A stretch of DNA of 54,924 nt, from assembly GCA_020718065.1 (NCBI GenBank), contig DYDE01000006.1, positions 1 to 54,924 on the forward strand, given 5' to 3'. The number at the start of each line of letters is the position of its first letter. Position 1 is the stretch's first letter. Shown here in pieces: positions 10,515 through 21,700 of this stretch. This DNA is from Marinifilum sp. (GTDB lineage Bacteria > Bacteroidota > Bacteroidia > Bacteroidales > CG2-30-32-10). The notes under the pieces were generated by a model. The model ran no database searches. It saw only the letters and a program-made list of their open reading frames with translations, and was not told the DNA's origin. The position numbers and the translations under genes are program-made.

Positions 10515-10841
10515 ATGAATTTAGAAAATACAAAAGCACAAATGCGAAAAGGGGTACTTGAGTTTTGTATTCTTTCTATTTTGTCTGAAGATGAGGCATA
10601 TGTGTCGGACTTGATCAATAAAATGAAAGATGCAAAACTAATAGTGGTGGAAGGTACCTTGTATCCCTTACTAAATAGATTGAAAAACGAAGGTGTATTA
10701 GAATACCGTTGGGAAGAATCTAAATCGGGTCCACCCCGGAAATATTATAAAATTACCCCAGAGGGTAAAGCAATGCTGGATGAATTAAAACAAAGCTGGC
10801 AAGAATTAATAACCTCTGTTAATTCAATACTATCTATATAA
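10515..10841 (+). CDS. PadR family transcriptional regulator
   Basis: QMRKGVLE..EGTLYPLLNRL..GPPRKYY motifs; ATG at 10515 preferred over TTG at 10479. Confidence 0.92.
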   Translation: MNLENTKAQMRKGVLEFCILSILSEDEAYVSDLINKMKDAKLIVVEGTLYPLLNRLKNEGVLEYRWEESKSGPPRKYYKITPEGKAMLDELKQSWQELITSVNSILSI

Positions 10842-10879
10842 TAAGAAATAAAATACTAAATAAATAAAAACAAATACAA

Positions 10880-12484
10880 ATGAAAAAAACAGTAACAGTA
10901 AATATTAGCGGAATAATATTTCATATAGACGAAGATGCTTATGACAAACTATTGGATTATATTGAAGAAATCCGGAGCTATTTAACTTCCACCGAGGGAA
11001 AAGACGAAATAATTGCCGATGTGGAAGCTCGGGTTGCTGAAATGTTACAACAAAAAGTTTCGGAAACCAAGCAAGTTATAAATATTGAAGATGTTGATAG
11101 TATTATTTTATTAATGGGCGAGCCATCTCAGTTTGGATCGGAACCAGACACAACTAACAGCAGAAAAAGAGAGAGAAGCTATTCAGCTAAACGCTTTTAT
11201 CGCGACCCGGATAACAAGGTAATAGGAGGAGTATGCTCTGGAATAGCAAATTATTTTAATATAGACCCATTGTGGGTTAGGATAGTTTTTGCAGTAGCAT
11301 TATTTGTATTTGGGTCAGGCGTGTTGTTGTATTTGTTTTTATGGTTAATTACACCAGAAGCCAGAACTACTGCCGAAAAACTGGAAATGCGTGGAGAAGC
11401 AGTCAATATATATAATATAGAAAGATCTGTAAAAGAAGAATTGACTCAATTGAAAAAGAGATTTAAAGGTTTTAAAAAAAAAGATAAAAGTTATTCAGTA
11501 AGAGAAAAATCCAATAATCAGGCTGAAAGTATTATAGAAAAAATAGTACATATATTTTTAACGATATTAAAAATATTTGTTAGGGTTTTTGTAATTGTTT
11601 TAGGAATAGTGCTGATATTCATTGGTATCTTTCTTTTGATCGGCTTTTTGGGGTCAATTATAAAGGGAGGAGAGGTTGTTTCATTTACAAATATTGGAGT
11701 TGCCAATTTTTCCTTTTCATCATTTTTACAACTCATTATAGATTCGCCAACCCAGATAACAATGGTAACATTGGGTCTGCTGCTTTTAGTGGGAATACCA
11801 TTATTAATGATTATATACAATGGTGTAAAAATGATATTTGGTTTTAAAACAAAAATCAGGGTTATTGGAATATCAGCATTTTCATTATGGATTGCTGGTT
11901 TGATTCTTTGCGTTTTTGTTTTTATAAAGGTGATAAGCGGTTTTTCAACAAAAATAGTTGTACCTCAAAAGTATAACATAACACATTCTGTAAAAACCCC
12001 ACTTTATATAGATATTAAAACAAATGATTCAATTGAAAGCTATATAGAATACAATCAAGAGTATTTTAACAATAACTGGTATCTTGCAAAACATGATTCA
12101 CGGAATTCAGGTTTTGGTATTCCATGGATAACCATTACAACAAGCGAAACCGATAGTATAAAATTGATAATATTTTCAGAAGCCAGGGGACATAATCAAA
12201 AAGAAGCCACCATCAATGCAAAGAATATAAAATATAATTATACACAAACAGATACTACACTGGTATTAGATCCGTTTTTTACAGTTGAAAATTATGATAA
12301 ATGGCGTATGCAGCGAGTAAGGGTTTTATTGAAAATACCGGAAGGTGAAAAAGTAGTAATTAGTAAAAAATTGTATTATTATAACAATAGTATTGAAGAT
12401 GATATGTTCGGTAAAAGGTTGGTAATGCACAATGGCGATTTTGTTGAAGAACAAAAAAAGGAAGGGCATGATTCAATAAAATAA
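10880..12484 (+). CDS. PspC-domain membrane protein
   Basis: MKKTVTVNISG..FHIDEDAY N-terminus; RDPDNKVIGGVCSGIANYF PspC motif; TM helices; follows PadR. Confidence 0.9.
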   Translation: MKKTVTVNISGIIFHIDEDAYDKLLDYIEEIRSYLTSTEGKDEIIADVEARVAEMLQQKVSETKQVINIEDVDSIILLMGEPSQFGSEPDTTNSRKRERSYSAKRFYRDPDNKVIGGVCSGIANYFNIDPLWVRIVFAVALFVFGSGVLLYLFLWLITPEARTTAEKLEMRGEAVNIYNIERSVKEELTQLKKRFKGFKKKDKSYSVREKSNNQAESIIEKIVHIFLTILKIFVRVFVIVLGIVLIFIGIFLLIGFLGSIIKGGEVVSFTNIGVANFSFSSFLQLIIDSPTQITMVTLGLLLLVGIPLLMIIYNGVKMIFGFKTKIRVIGISAFSLWIAGLILCVFVFIKVISGFSTKIVVPQKYNITHSVKTPLYIDIKTNDSIESYIEYNQEYFNNNWYLAKHDSRNSGFGIPWITITTSETDSIKLIIFSEARGHNQKEATINAKNIKYNYTQTDTTLVLDPFFTVENYDKWRMQRVRVLLKIPEGEKVVISKKLYYYNNSIEDDMFGKRLVMHNGDFVEEQKKEGHDSIK

Positions 12485-12499
12485 AGAAGTGTGTAATTT

Positions 12500-12538
12500 A
12501 AAAAGAAAAGGAGCAATGTTTTTGCTCCTTTTCTTTTT
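12500..12538. terminator. Bidirectional intrinsic terminator
   Basis: aaaaagaaaaggagcaa-tgttt-ttgctccttttcttttt. Confidence 0.88.
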
Positions 12539-12543
12539 TTAAA

Positions 12544-12921
12544 TTAATGAAGTTCTATGAGTAATTGATTTTTAACAACCTTCTCATCCTTGTTAACAAA
12601 AACTTGTTTTACTTTGCCATCAAAGGGTGAAAGGATTTCGTTTTTCATTTTCATTGCTTCTAAAACAAGCAGTTTATCACCCATTTTTACAAGATCATTT
12701 TTTTTAATAAAAATCTCTTCAATATTACCAGGCATAAAAGCCAGTAGTTTTTTGGGGTCTTTAGGTTTGTATGCTTTCCTGTTAATGTATTTTGGAGAAA
12801 GAGTAGTTCTGTATTCTGTATTGTCAATTACAAAAATAGTTTCTCCTTCAAATAACACAGGCTCTTGATTATGTTGTGTTTTAGATTTAACTTCTTTTTT
12901 TTCTACTTTCTTTTTTCTCAT
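12544..12921 (-). CDS. Biotin carboxyl carrier protein
   Basis: EAMKM biotinylation motif. Confidence 0.92.
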   Translation of the reverse strand: MRKKKVEKKEVKSKTQHNQEPVLFEGETIFVIDNTEYRTTLSPKYINRKAYKPKDPKKLLAFMPGNIEEIFIKKNDLVKMGDKLLVLEAMKMKNEILSPFDGKVKQVFVNKDEKVVKNQLLIELH

Positions 12922-13004
12922 TGTATTGAATTTATTAATAATAGAAATAAATAACGCATCCTCTTAGTAAGATTACTTTTGGGAATTATAAAATGAAAAA
13001 TATA

Positions 13005-14552
13005 TCAAAATGGAGGAATTCCATGTTTTTTATGAGGAATCATCACACTTTTATGTGTAGAAATTTCCAGAGCATGAATTAAGAAATGTCTTGTTTCTTC
13101 AGGAGCTATTACAGCATCCACATAACCATTAGCAGCAGCAACATAAGGATTAGCAAATTTTTCTTTGTATTCTGCAACTTTTTGTTTGCGCATTTCTTCA
13201 GGATTTTCTGCATTTTTTATTTCATTTCTGAAAATAATGTTGGCAGCACCCTCAGGTCCCATAACAGCAATTTCAGCAGTTGGCCATGCAAAAACAAAAT
13301 CGGCTCTTAAGTGTCGCGAACACATTGCAATATATCCACCACCATAAGCTTTGCGAAGAATAATGGTAATTTTAGGAACTGATGCTTCTGAATAAGCATA
13401 AAGAACCTTTGCACCATGTCTGATAACGCCTGCATGTTCCTGATCAACACCAGGTAAATAACCGGGTAAATCAACAAGTGTTACTAATGGAATATTAAAA
13501 GCATCGCAATAACGAATAAATCGAGCAGCTTTGTCTGAAGAGTCAACATCAAGTACACCGGCAAGAACAAGCGGTTGATTAGCAACAAACCCAATAGTTT
13601 CACCATTTAATCTACCAAAACCAATAACAATATTGGGAGCAAAAAGTTCCTGAATTTCAAAAAAGTCAGAATCATCACTAATAGATCTGATGATATTTCT
13701 AACATCATAAGGTTGTTTGGGATCGGTAGGGAATAATTTGTTGATACTATATATTTTAGATTTAGGTGGTTTAGTAGGAAAAGCTTCTGCTTTTTTTGAA
13801 TTGTTCCATGGAATGTATGAAACAAGTTTTTTAATTTGTTCAAAACACTCTAATTCGCTTAAAGCATAGAAATGAGCATTTCCTGTGATTTCGGAATGAA
13901 CTCTGGCACCACCCAGCTCTTCCATAGAAATTTCTTCACCCAGCACTGATTTAATAACTTCAGGTCCAGTAATGAACATTTTAGAGATGTTTTCAACAAC
14001 AAACACAAAGTCTGTTAATGCAGGTGAATAAACAGCTCCGCCAGCGCAAGGACCTAAAATAACAGATATTTGAGGTATTACACCTGATGATTGAGTATTC
14101 CTAAAGAATATTTCTCCATAACCAGCAAGAGAATTAACACCTTCCTGAATACGAGCACCGCCGGAATCATTAATTCCGATTAGTGGAATTTGCAGTTTCA
14201 TTGCATGATCCATAATTTTTGTTATTTTACGTGCATGCATAAGTCCTAATGAACCTCCTGCAACGGTAAAATCCTGAGCGAAAATACAAACAGGATGCCC
14301 ACTTATTGAGCCAGTACCAGTAACAACACCATCACCAGGAAGGTGCTTTTTATCCATATCAAAGTCTTTGCCTGTATGTTCTACAAAAAGATCGTATTCA
14401 TGAAATGAATCCTGATCTACTAATGCTATAATTCTTTCACGTGCAGTCATTTTACCCATAGCAACCTGCTTTTCAATGGCTTTTACACCTCCTCCAAGCA
14501 AAGCTTCCTGCATTCTTTTCTTTAATTCGTTGGTTTTTTGTTTTAATGACAT
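13005..14552 (-). CDS. Acyl-CoA carboxyltransferase beta subunit (PccB/MmdA family)
   Basis: DSGGARIQEG, GPCAGGAVYSPALTDF, RKAYGG and KKHGIPPF motifs. Confidence 0.95.
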   Translation of the reverse strand: MSLKQKTNELKKRMQEALLGGGVKAIEKQVAMGKMTARERIIALVDQDSFHEYDLFVEHTGKDFDMDKKHLPGDGVVTGTGSISGHPVCIFAQDFTVAGGSLGLMHARKITKIMDHAMKLQIPLIGINDSGGARIQEGVNSLAGYGEIFFRNTQSSGVIPQISVILGPCAGGAVYSPALTDFVFVVENISKMFITGPEVIKSVLGEEISMEELGGARVHSEITGNAHFYALSELECFEQIKKLVSYIPWNNSKKAEAFPTKPPKSKIYSINKLFPTDPKQPYDVRNIIRSISDDSDFFEIQELFAPNIVIGFGRLNGETIGFVANQPLVLAGVLDVDSSDKAARFIRYCDAFNIPLVTLVDLPGYLPGVDQEHAGVIRHGAKVLYAYSEASVPKITIILRKAYGGGYIAMCSRHLRADFVFAWPTAEIAVMGPEGAANIIFRNEIKNAENPEEMRKQKVAEYKEKFANPYVAAANGYVDAVIAPEETRHFLIHALEISTHKSVMIPHKKHGIPPF

Positions 14553-14767
14553 ACTTTAATAATTTGGTTATTAATTAATTACAATTTTAGTTTGTGAAAT
14601 TTTTTGCCACAAAAAGCACAAAGTAAATCAAAAATTTTGGAAAAACTATAAAAAATATCAATATTCGTTTTAATAATAAATATTTTAATGTTTTGTTACT
14701 ATAAATAAGGAATATTTAAAATAAAAAAATTAATTTTGACTGATATTTAGGAATTTAAAATAGTCTG

Positions 14768-15700
14768 GTGAAAGGAATAGTAATAAAATCAACAGGAAAC
14801 ATGTATTTTGTTATAGATGTAGATAACAAACAGCATGTTTGTAAATTAAAAGGAAATTTTAAAATAAAAGGCATAAAAAGTACCAATCCAATTGCAGTTG
14901 GCGATAAAGTTGAATTTGAATATTTATCAGATCAGAAAATAGGATTAATAAATAAGATCGAAGACAGGAATAATTATATTATTCGTAAAGCAACAAAACT
15001 TTCAAAACAATCTCATATAATTGCTGCGAATATTGATCAGCTTGTAATCGTAGTTACTCTTGCAAATCCCAGAACGTCCACAGGTTTTATTGATCGTTTT
15101 TTGGTAACCGCAGAGGCATACCATATTCCAAGTGTTATTATCATAAATAAAATAGACTTAAATACTCCTGCTGTCGAAAAAAAGATTAATGACATAATTG
15201 ATATATATGAACCACTGGGGTATAAGTGTTATAAGGCTTCTGCAATTATTGGTGTTGGAATTAAAGAAATAATAAAATTGCTTAAAAACAGGGTTACTTT
15301 ATTTGCAGGTCATTCAGGAGTTGGAAAATCAACACTTTTAAATGCTATTTGTCCTTCGTTGAACCTGAAAACAAAGGAAATTTCTTCATTTCATGCAAAG
15401 GGAGTTCATACTACAACTTTTGCTGAAATGTTTTTATTAGATAATATAGGTTTTATAATTGATACCCCAGGAATTAAAGAATTCGGAATTGTAGATTTTA
15501 ACTCAAATGACTTATCACAAAGGTTTCCTGAAATGCGGGAATTAATGCAAAATTGCCAGTTTAATAATTGTTCTCACACCCATGAGCCAAAATGTGCTGT
15601 AAAGACTGCTTTGGATAACGGCAAAATAAATACATCAAGATATACCAACTATTTAAATATGCTTAACAATGTTGAAACAGAAGAAGAAGAGTGGGAATAG
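14768..15700 (+). CDS. rsgA: Ribosome small subunit-dependent GTPase A
   Basis: NKID, GHSGVGKST, HTTT, DTPG and CQFNNCSHTHEPKC motifs. Confidence 0.96.
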   Translation: MKGIVIKSTGNMYFVIDVDNKQHVCKLKGNFKIKGIKSTNPIAVGDKVEFEYLSDQKIGLINKIEDRNNYIIRKATKLSKQSHIIAANIDQLVIVVTLANPRTSTGFIDRFLVTAEAYHIPSVIIINKIDLNTPAVEKKINDIIDIYEPLGYKCYKASAIIGVGIKEIIKLLKNRVTLFAGHSGVGKSTLLNAICPSLNLKTKEISSFHAKGVHTTTFAEMFLLDNIGFIIDTPGIKEFGIVDFNSNDLSQRFPEMRELMQNCQFNNCSHTHEPKCAVKTALDNGKINTSRYTNYLNMLNNVETEEEEWE

Positions 15701-15703
15701 ATA

Positions 15704-15914
15704 TTATACTGCAAACGGGATAAATTTGAACATAATTGGTATATGGAATAAATGTATAAAGGAGTAAAGGTATAAAGGAGTAGAGGTATAAAGGAGTATA
15801 TGTATAAAGGAGTAGAGGTATAAAGGAGTGAAGGTATAAAGTTATAGGGTCAATCTTATACCTTTATACCCTATACCTTTAAATTACTTAATTTTATTCC
15901 TGCGCAAAGTATAA
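15704..15914. repeat. 8/16-bp tandem repeat element with inverted arm and weak terminal inverted repeats (MITE-like)
   Basis: gtataaaggagtagag-type unit x5.5 (15754-15841); inverted tatacctt-type x3 (~15857-15880); ttatact...agtataa ends. Confidence 0.7.
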
Positions 15915-15952
15915 TTTGCAATTTTTATGTTTTATATAATTTTATAAATAAT

Positions 15953-16408
15953 ATGAGAGTGGTTATTCAGCGGGTATCTAGGGCTAATGTTTCTGTTGAA
16001 AACAATATTAATGCTGAAATTAATAATGGATTATTGATTTTGCTTGGTATAGAAGAGGCAGATAATGTAGAAGATGCAGATTGGCTGTCGAAAAAAATTG
16101 TACAACTAAGAATATTTAATGATAACAATAAAATAATGAATCTCTCTATTCAGGATATAAGAGGTGAAATTATAGTTGTGAGCCAGTTTACATTGCATGC
16201 GATGACTAAAAAGGGAAATAGACCATCTTATATTCGTGCAGCAAAACCAAATGAAGCTGAGGCATTATATAAATATTTTGTTTGTCAAATAGAAAAAGAT
16301 TTAGGAAAGAAAGTGCAAACCGGAGTATTTGGTGCAGATATGAAAATTGAATTGATTAATGATGGACCGGTAACTATAATAATAGACACAAAGAATAAAG
16401 ATATTTAA
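15953..16408 (+). CDS. dtd: D-aminoacyl-tRNA deacylase
   Basis: MRVVIQRV, SQFTL, KGNRPS and NDGPVT motifs. Confidence 0.97.
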   Translation: MRVVIQRVSRANVSVENNINAEINNGLLILLGIEEADNVEDADWLSKKIVQLRIFNDNNKIMNLSIQDIRGEIIVVSQFTLHAMTKKGNRPSYIRAAKPNEAEALYKYFVCQIEKDLGKKVQTGVFGADMKIELINDGPVTIIIDTKNKDI

Positions 16409-16516
16409 AAAGTTCATAAAATGATTAAAGTACTTAGTGTGAGCTAATATTACATTTAAAGAAATTCTCTACCATAATTATTTCATAAGGTTAAGTATGT
16501 GTTAAAAAGAATATAT

Positions 16517-16849
16517 ATGACAATAGAAGATGCTCAAAAAATAGTGGATAATTGGATTAAACAAAATGGGATAAGATATTTTAATGAGTTAACAAATATG
16601 GCAATATTAACAGAGGAAGTAGGAGAAGTAGCCAGAATAATTTCAAGAAAATATGGGGAGCAATCGTTTAAAGCTTCGGATACTGTTAAAAATCTTGGAG
16701 ATGAATTAGCTGATGTTTTATTTGTACTGATATGTATAGCAAATCAAACAGGTATTGATTTAACAGAAGCATTTAACAAGAATATAGAAAAGAAAACCAA
16801 GAGAGATATATTGAGACATAAAGAAAACAAGAAATTAAACAATTCTTAA
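16517..16849 (+). CDS. MazG-like nucleotide pyrophosphohydrolase (YpjD-like)
   Basis: LTEEVGEVAR...DELADVLFVL; ATG at 16517 preferred. Confidence 0.92.
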   Translation: MTIEDAQKIVDNWIKQNGIRYFNELTNMAILTEEVGEVARIISRKYGEQSFKASDTVKNLGDELADVLFVLICIANQTGIDLTEAFNKNIEKKTKRDILRHKENKKLNNS

Positions 16850-17763
16850 TCAGATATTGAATAGGTTTTACCTTCTTCTGCAAGGAGCGTATTATCAAAT
16901 ACGGTTTTAGTTTCTAGTAGTAATGGTTCCAAATCGTTGTATCTGGCAGAAAAATGTCCTATTATTAATTGTTTTGCATTCGCTTTCAGAGCAATTGTTG
17001 CAGCATCAATTGTTGTTGAATGGAATTTTTCTTTTGCTGCGGATGCCATATCTTGCATAAAAGTAGCTTCATGATATAGCAAGTCAACATTTTCTATGTA
17101 TTGAACAATTGATTCATCGTAAATTGTATCTGCACAATAAGCAAAGGAAATAGGGGAGGGGTTTGTAAATGTAATTTGCTCATTTTTCAATATTCTTCCA
17201 TCTTCAGTTACAAAATCTTCCCCTTTTTTAATTTGCTTAATAGCTTCAATTGATATTTGTTCATCAATTATTACATCTTTATTAATGTTTTTATCTTTTT
17301 TACCTGAAACAAATAAAAATCCACAAGTTGGAATTCGGTGTTTAAGTGGAAAACTATACACATCCGCATTTTTGCCTGAATAAATTAAATCAAGATTTTC
17401 GTAATTTAAAAAATGATAAGAAAGCTCATAGTTTAAATGTATATCAGAAGCTTTAATTTGGAGATCAATAATTTCCTTGAGTAATGGAGAAGAGTAAATA
17501 TTAAGCGTATTGTTTCTTCCCAAAATACTCATTGTAGATAATAAACCAATCAATCCAAGGTAATGATCCCCGTGGAGGTGACTAATAAAAATATGATTGA
17601 TTTTTTGTAATTTAATTTTATTGCGTCTGAGCTGAATTTGTGTAGCTTCTCCGCAATCTATAAGATAAAGACTATCATTAATATTTAACAATTGAGAACT
17701 GGGATGCCTTTCAGAAGTTGGGGTAGCAGAACTACAACCGAGAATAGTAAGATGGAATTTCAT
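16846..17763 (-). CDS. rnz: Ribonuclease Z
   Basis: SHLHGDH MBL motif, HEATF, HST, GHFSARY. Confidence 0.95.
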   Translation of the reverse strand: MKFHLTILGCSSATPTSERHPSSQLLNINDSLYLIDCGEATQIQLRRNKIKLQKINHIFISHLHGDHYLGLIGLLSTMSILGRNNTLNIYSSPLLKEIIDLQIKASDIHLNYELSYHFLNYENLDLIYSGKNADVYSFPLKHRIPTCGFLFVSGKKDKNINKDVIIDEQISIEAIKQIKKGEDFVTEDGRILKNEQITFTNPSPISFAYCADTIYDESIVQYIENVDLLYHEATFMQDMASAAKEKFHSTTIDAATIALKANAKQLIIGHFSARYNDLEPLLLETKTVFDNTLLAEEGKTYSISD

Positions 17764-17804
17764 TTTTTAATAAGTAAAAGAATATGTGGAGGAAAATAAA
17801 AGTC

Positions 17805-18677
17805 TTATTTTTTTATTACTTCAAACATTCTTTTTCCAATATCAGCAGGAGAATCTACTACAAAAACGCCACAATCTCTTAATATTTGTTTTTTAGCTTC
17901 AGCAGTATCGTTTTTTCCACCTATTATAGCTCCTGCGTGTCCCATTGTTCTGCCTTTTGGAGCAGTTGCCCCAGCTATAAAACTAACAACTGGTTTTTTA
18001 CTATTTTCCTTAATCCAATAAGCTGCATCAGCTTCCATATCACCGCCAATTTCTCCAATCATAACAATTCCCTCAGTAGCTGGGTCGTTCATAAATAATT
18101 GCACTGCATCTTTAATTGATGTTCCAATAATAGGATCTCCGCCAATACCTATTCCTGTGGATTGCCCAAGACCAATCTTTGTAATTTGATCAACTGCCTC
18201 GTAAGCCAAAGTGCCAGATCTGGAAACAATTCCTATTGTTCCTGGTTTATGAATGAAACCAGGCATAATTCCAACTTTTGCTTCTCCAGGAGTTATAATT
18301 CCGGGGCAATTTGGACCAATTAATCTACAATCTTTTGAAGATAGGTAATTTTTTACAATCACCATATCTTTTGTAGGAATTCCTTCTGTAATACATACAA
18401 TAAGTTTTATTCCTGCATCTGCAGATTCCATAATTGCATCTGCAGCATAAGCAGGAGGAACAAATATTAAGGAAACATTAGCCTTTGTTTTTTCAACTGC
18501 ATCAGTAACAGTATTAAAAACAGGGCGATCAAGATGCATAGTTCCCCCTTTGCCAGGAGTAACACCACCCACAACATTGGTGCCATATTCAATCATTTGT
18601 GAAGCATGAAAAGTTCCTTCAACACCTGTAAAACCTTGAATTATAATGCGAGATTGTTTGTTTACAAGAATACTCAT
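17805..18677 (-). CDS. sucD: Succinyl-CoA ligase alpha subunit
   Basis: QGFTG, IGPNCPG, SRSGTL and MGHAGAI motifs. Confidence 0.97.
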   Translation of the reverse strand: MSILVNKQSRIIIQGFTGVEGTFHASQMIEYGTNVVGGVTPGKGGTMHLDRPVFNTVTDAVEKTKANVSLIFVPPAYAADAIMESADAGIKLIVCITEGIPTKDMVIVKNYLSSKDCRLIGPNCPGIITPGEAKVGIMPGFIHKPGTIGIVSRSGTLAYEAVDQITKIGLGQSTGIGIGGDPIIGTSIKDAVQLFMNDPATEGIVMIGEIGGDMEADAAYWIKENSKKPVVSFIAGATAPKGRTMGHAGAIIGGKNDTAEAKKQILRDCGVFVVDSPADIGKRMFEVIKK

Positions 18678-18746
18678 AATTTAAAATTATTTTCAAAGGT
18701 AAATTTTTATAATAATATATTAAAGTTAAATTTAGCTTATTAACAA

Positions 18747-18776
18747 AAAACCCTTTCAAATAAATGAAAGGGTTTT
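18747..18776 (-). terminator. Intrinsic terminator after secDF
   Basis: aaaaccctttca-aataaa-tgaaagggtttt with a T-run on the minus strand. Confidence 0.85.
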
Positions 18777-18793
18777 CAATAGAATATAAGAAT

Positions 18794-21700
18794 TTATTTT
18801 TTCTTCATAGGTAATGCAGCTTCTTTTTTTGCTTTTCTGCGTTCTTTCCACATAAGTAAATCGTAAGCAATTGGAGAAGCATTTAATACAGATGAATAAG
18901 TACCAACTGCAATACCAATAAGTAATGCAAATGTAAATCCTCTGATAACTTCACCACCAAATATAAACATTACAAGTAAAACCATAAATGTAATACCTGA
19001 AGTATTTAAAGTACGTCCTAATGTACTATTAATTGCCTCATTCATATTTGTTTTAAGATCTCTTTTTGGGTATAAAATGGTATATTCACGAATTCTGTCA
19101 AAGATAATAACCGAGTCCATAATAGAATAACCAATAATAGTAAGAATAGCTGCTATAAAATGTTGGTCAACATCCAGACTAAATGGTAGTATGCCATAGA
19201 ATAGTGAAAACACTGTAATTGTAATAAAAGTATCGTGGAATAGAGAAATTACACCACCAAGACCCCATTGCCATTTTTTAAATCGTATTGCAATATATAT
19301 AAAAATAATTAAAAGAGCAAACAATACAGCAAAATAGGAATTAACTAATAAACTGTATGCAATGGTAGGTTCAATTTTTTGAGAACTTAATTTACCTAAA
19401 GTTTTAGTTTCTGAATGTCCAAGAAAATCGTTTAATGAAATATTATTTGTATATAATGGTTTAAGTCCCTCGTATAATTTGGAATCTACAATAGAATCCG
19501 CAGCATTTGATTTATCTTTAATCATGAAAGATGTGGTAATCTTCACTTGATTACTAGGTCCAAATGTTTTTACTTCAGGCTCTGTACCATATACTTTTCC
19601 CAAAGCAATTCTAATATCATCAGTTCGAACTTCTTTGTCAAATCTTACAATATAAGATCTTCCTCCAAGAAAGTCAATACCATAACTTACTCCTCTGGTT
19701 GATAAAGAAACCATCCCAATTACAACAACAGATAATGAAATAACGTAATAAAATTTTCTAACCCCAATAAAATCTATATTGATTTTGGTAAGAAAACTTT
19801 TTGTCATTTTGTTCCATACGTTTATTTCTATATTTTTATCCATCATCCAGATAAAAATTAAACGGGTAATAAATATAGCACAGAACATTGAACTCAAGAT
19901 ACCAATGATTAATGTGGTAGCAAAGCCTTGTATAGGGCCAGAACCAAATATATAAAGCACAATTGCAGTTAATAAAGTAGTAACATTACTGTCAATAATA
20001 GAAGACATCGCATGTCGGTACCCATCATTGATAGCAAGTCTCATCCCTTTCCCTATTCTTATTTCCTCTCGAATTCGTTCATAGATAATTACGTTTTTAT
20101 CGACATCCATACCAAGAGTAAGAACAATACCAGCAATACCAGGTAAAGTTAGAACAGCTCCTAATGAAGCTAAGATTCCAAAAACAAAGAACATATTAAC
20201 AAATAGAGCGATGTTTGCAACCATTCCTGCTCTGTTATAATAAAAAATCATATATACCATAGTAAGTATAAAAGCTATGATAAATGACCACAAACCAGCA
20301 TTAATCGCTTCTTTTCCAAGAGTTGGTCCAACAACTTCTTCCTGTACAATACGGGCAGTTGCAGGAAGTTTTCCTGATTTAAGAACATTTGCTAAATCTT
20401 TTGCTTCTTCTAATGTAAATCCACCTGTAATTTGTGAAGATCCATTAGGAATTTCACTTTGAACTGTAGGATGAGAATATACAAAATTGTCAAGTACAAT
20501 TGCAATACTGCGTTTGTCTTGGCTTGCTATTGAAGTCATATCTTTCCATATACGAGCTCCTTCATTGTTCATTCTCATGGAAATCTCATTACCACCGTTT
20601 TGTCCAAAATCTTGGCGCGCATCGGTTACAACTTCACCAGTTAATTTTGGTTGGTTGCTGTTTTTAGGAAAACGCAATGCAACTAAACTAAGTGTAGTTA
20701 CACCTTCTCCTTCTGGTTTTATAGACCAAGCTAATTTTAAATCTCTTGGAAGTAATGATTTTACATAGCTTTCGTTTAACATTTTATTAACGATACTTGT
20801 ATCTCTAACTTCGCATTGACCTAAAACTGGGCCTCTCATTGGAATAACATTGCCTGCCTGATCTTTTGTTATAGAAGGTTTCAGGTAAAAGAATAATGGA
20901 TGATCTTTTACTGAATTTTCATTATTTTTTGTTAAGGAAGTAGAGTCTGTTTTGTTTGAAGCTTTGTCTATAAGTGAATTTGTTTTTGTAGTGTCGGTCT
21001 TCGTCTTAGTAATTGTGTCTTTAGAAATATTTATAGTATCTTTTTTTAAGGTATCAGTAACAAAAAAACGATCTTTAAGAACTTTATCAACTTGTACCAT
21101 ATAAGTGTACATTTCATGAAATTCATAAGTTTCCCAAAATTCGAGTTTAGCACTACCTTGCAATAGTTTACGAACACGTTCTGGCTCTTTTATACCTGGT
21201 AATTCAACAAGTATTCTGCCGGCAGTAGAAAGTTTTTGAATGTTTGGTTGAGTAACCCCAAAACGATCGATACGGGTTTTAAGAATGTTGTATGTTCTGT
21301 CAATTGCATCGTTTGATTCATCAGAAATCATCTTTAGAATCTCTTCATTATTAGGTTTACGATTTAAACTTTTTTCAAGTTCAGCAACTTTATTTTTCAT
21401 ACTGAATCCAAATATTGCCATTAATTGAGCATTTGGATCAACTTCTTTGAAAGACTCACCGAAAAGTGTTACAAAATCTTTGGTGCTGTTTTTTTGTTTT
21501 TCAATAGCCAGCGTCATCGCTTTATTAAATGTAACGTCTTTGCTATTACCCGATAAAGCTCTTATGATTTCAGGAACAGAGACTTCCAGAGTAACATTCA
21601 TACCACCTTTTAAGTCAAGACCTAAGTTTATTTCTCTTTGTTTACAATCTTTATAAGTGTATTTTCTTACCAAGATATTAAAAACAACCTCATTTTGCAT

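Noticed and set aside
12544-14552. Incomplete carboxylase operon (no biotin carboxylase)
   Set aside because: Partner subunits are often encoded elsewhere; no evidence of novelty
17805-18677. sucD without adjacent sucC
   Set aside because: Split sucC/sucD is common in Bacteroidota; not unusual
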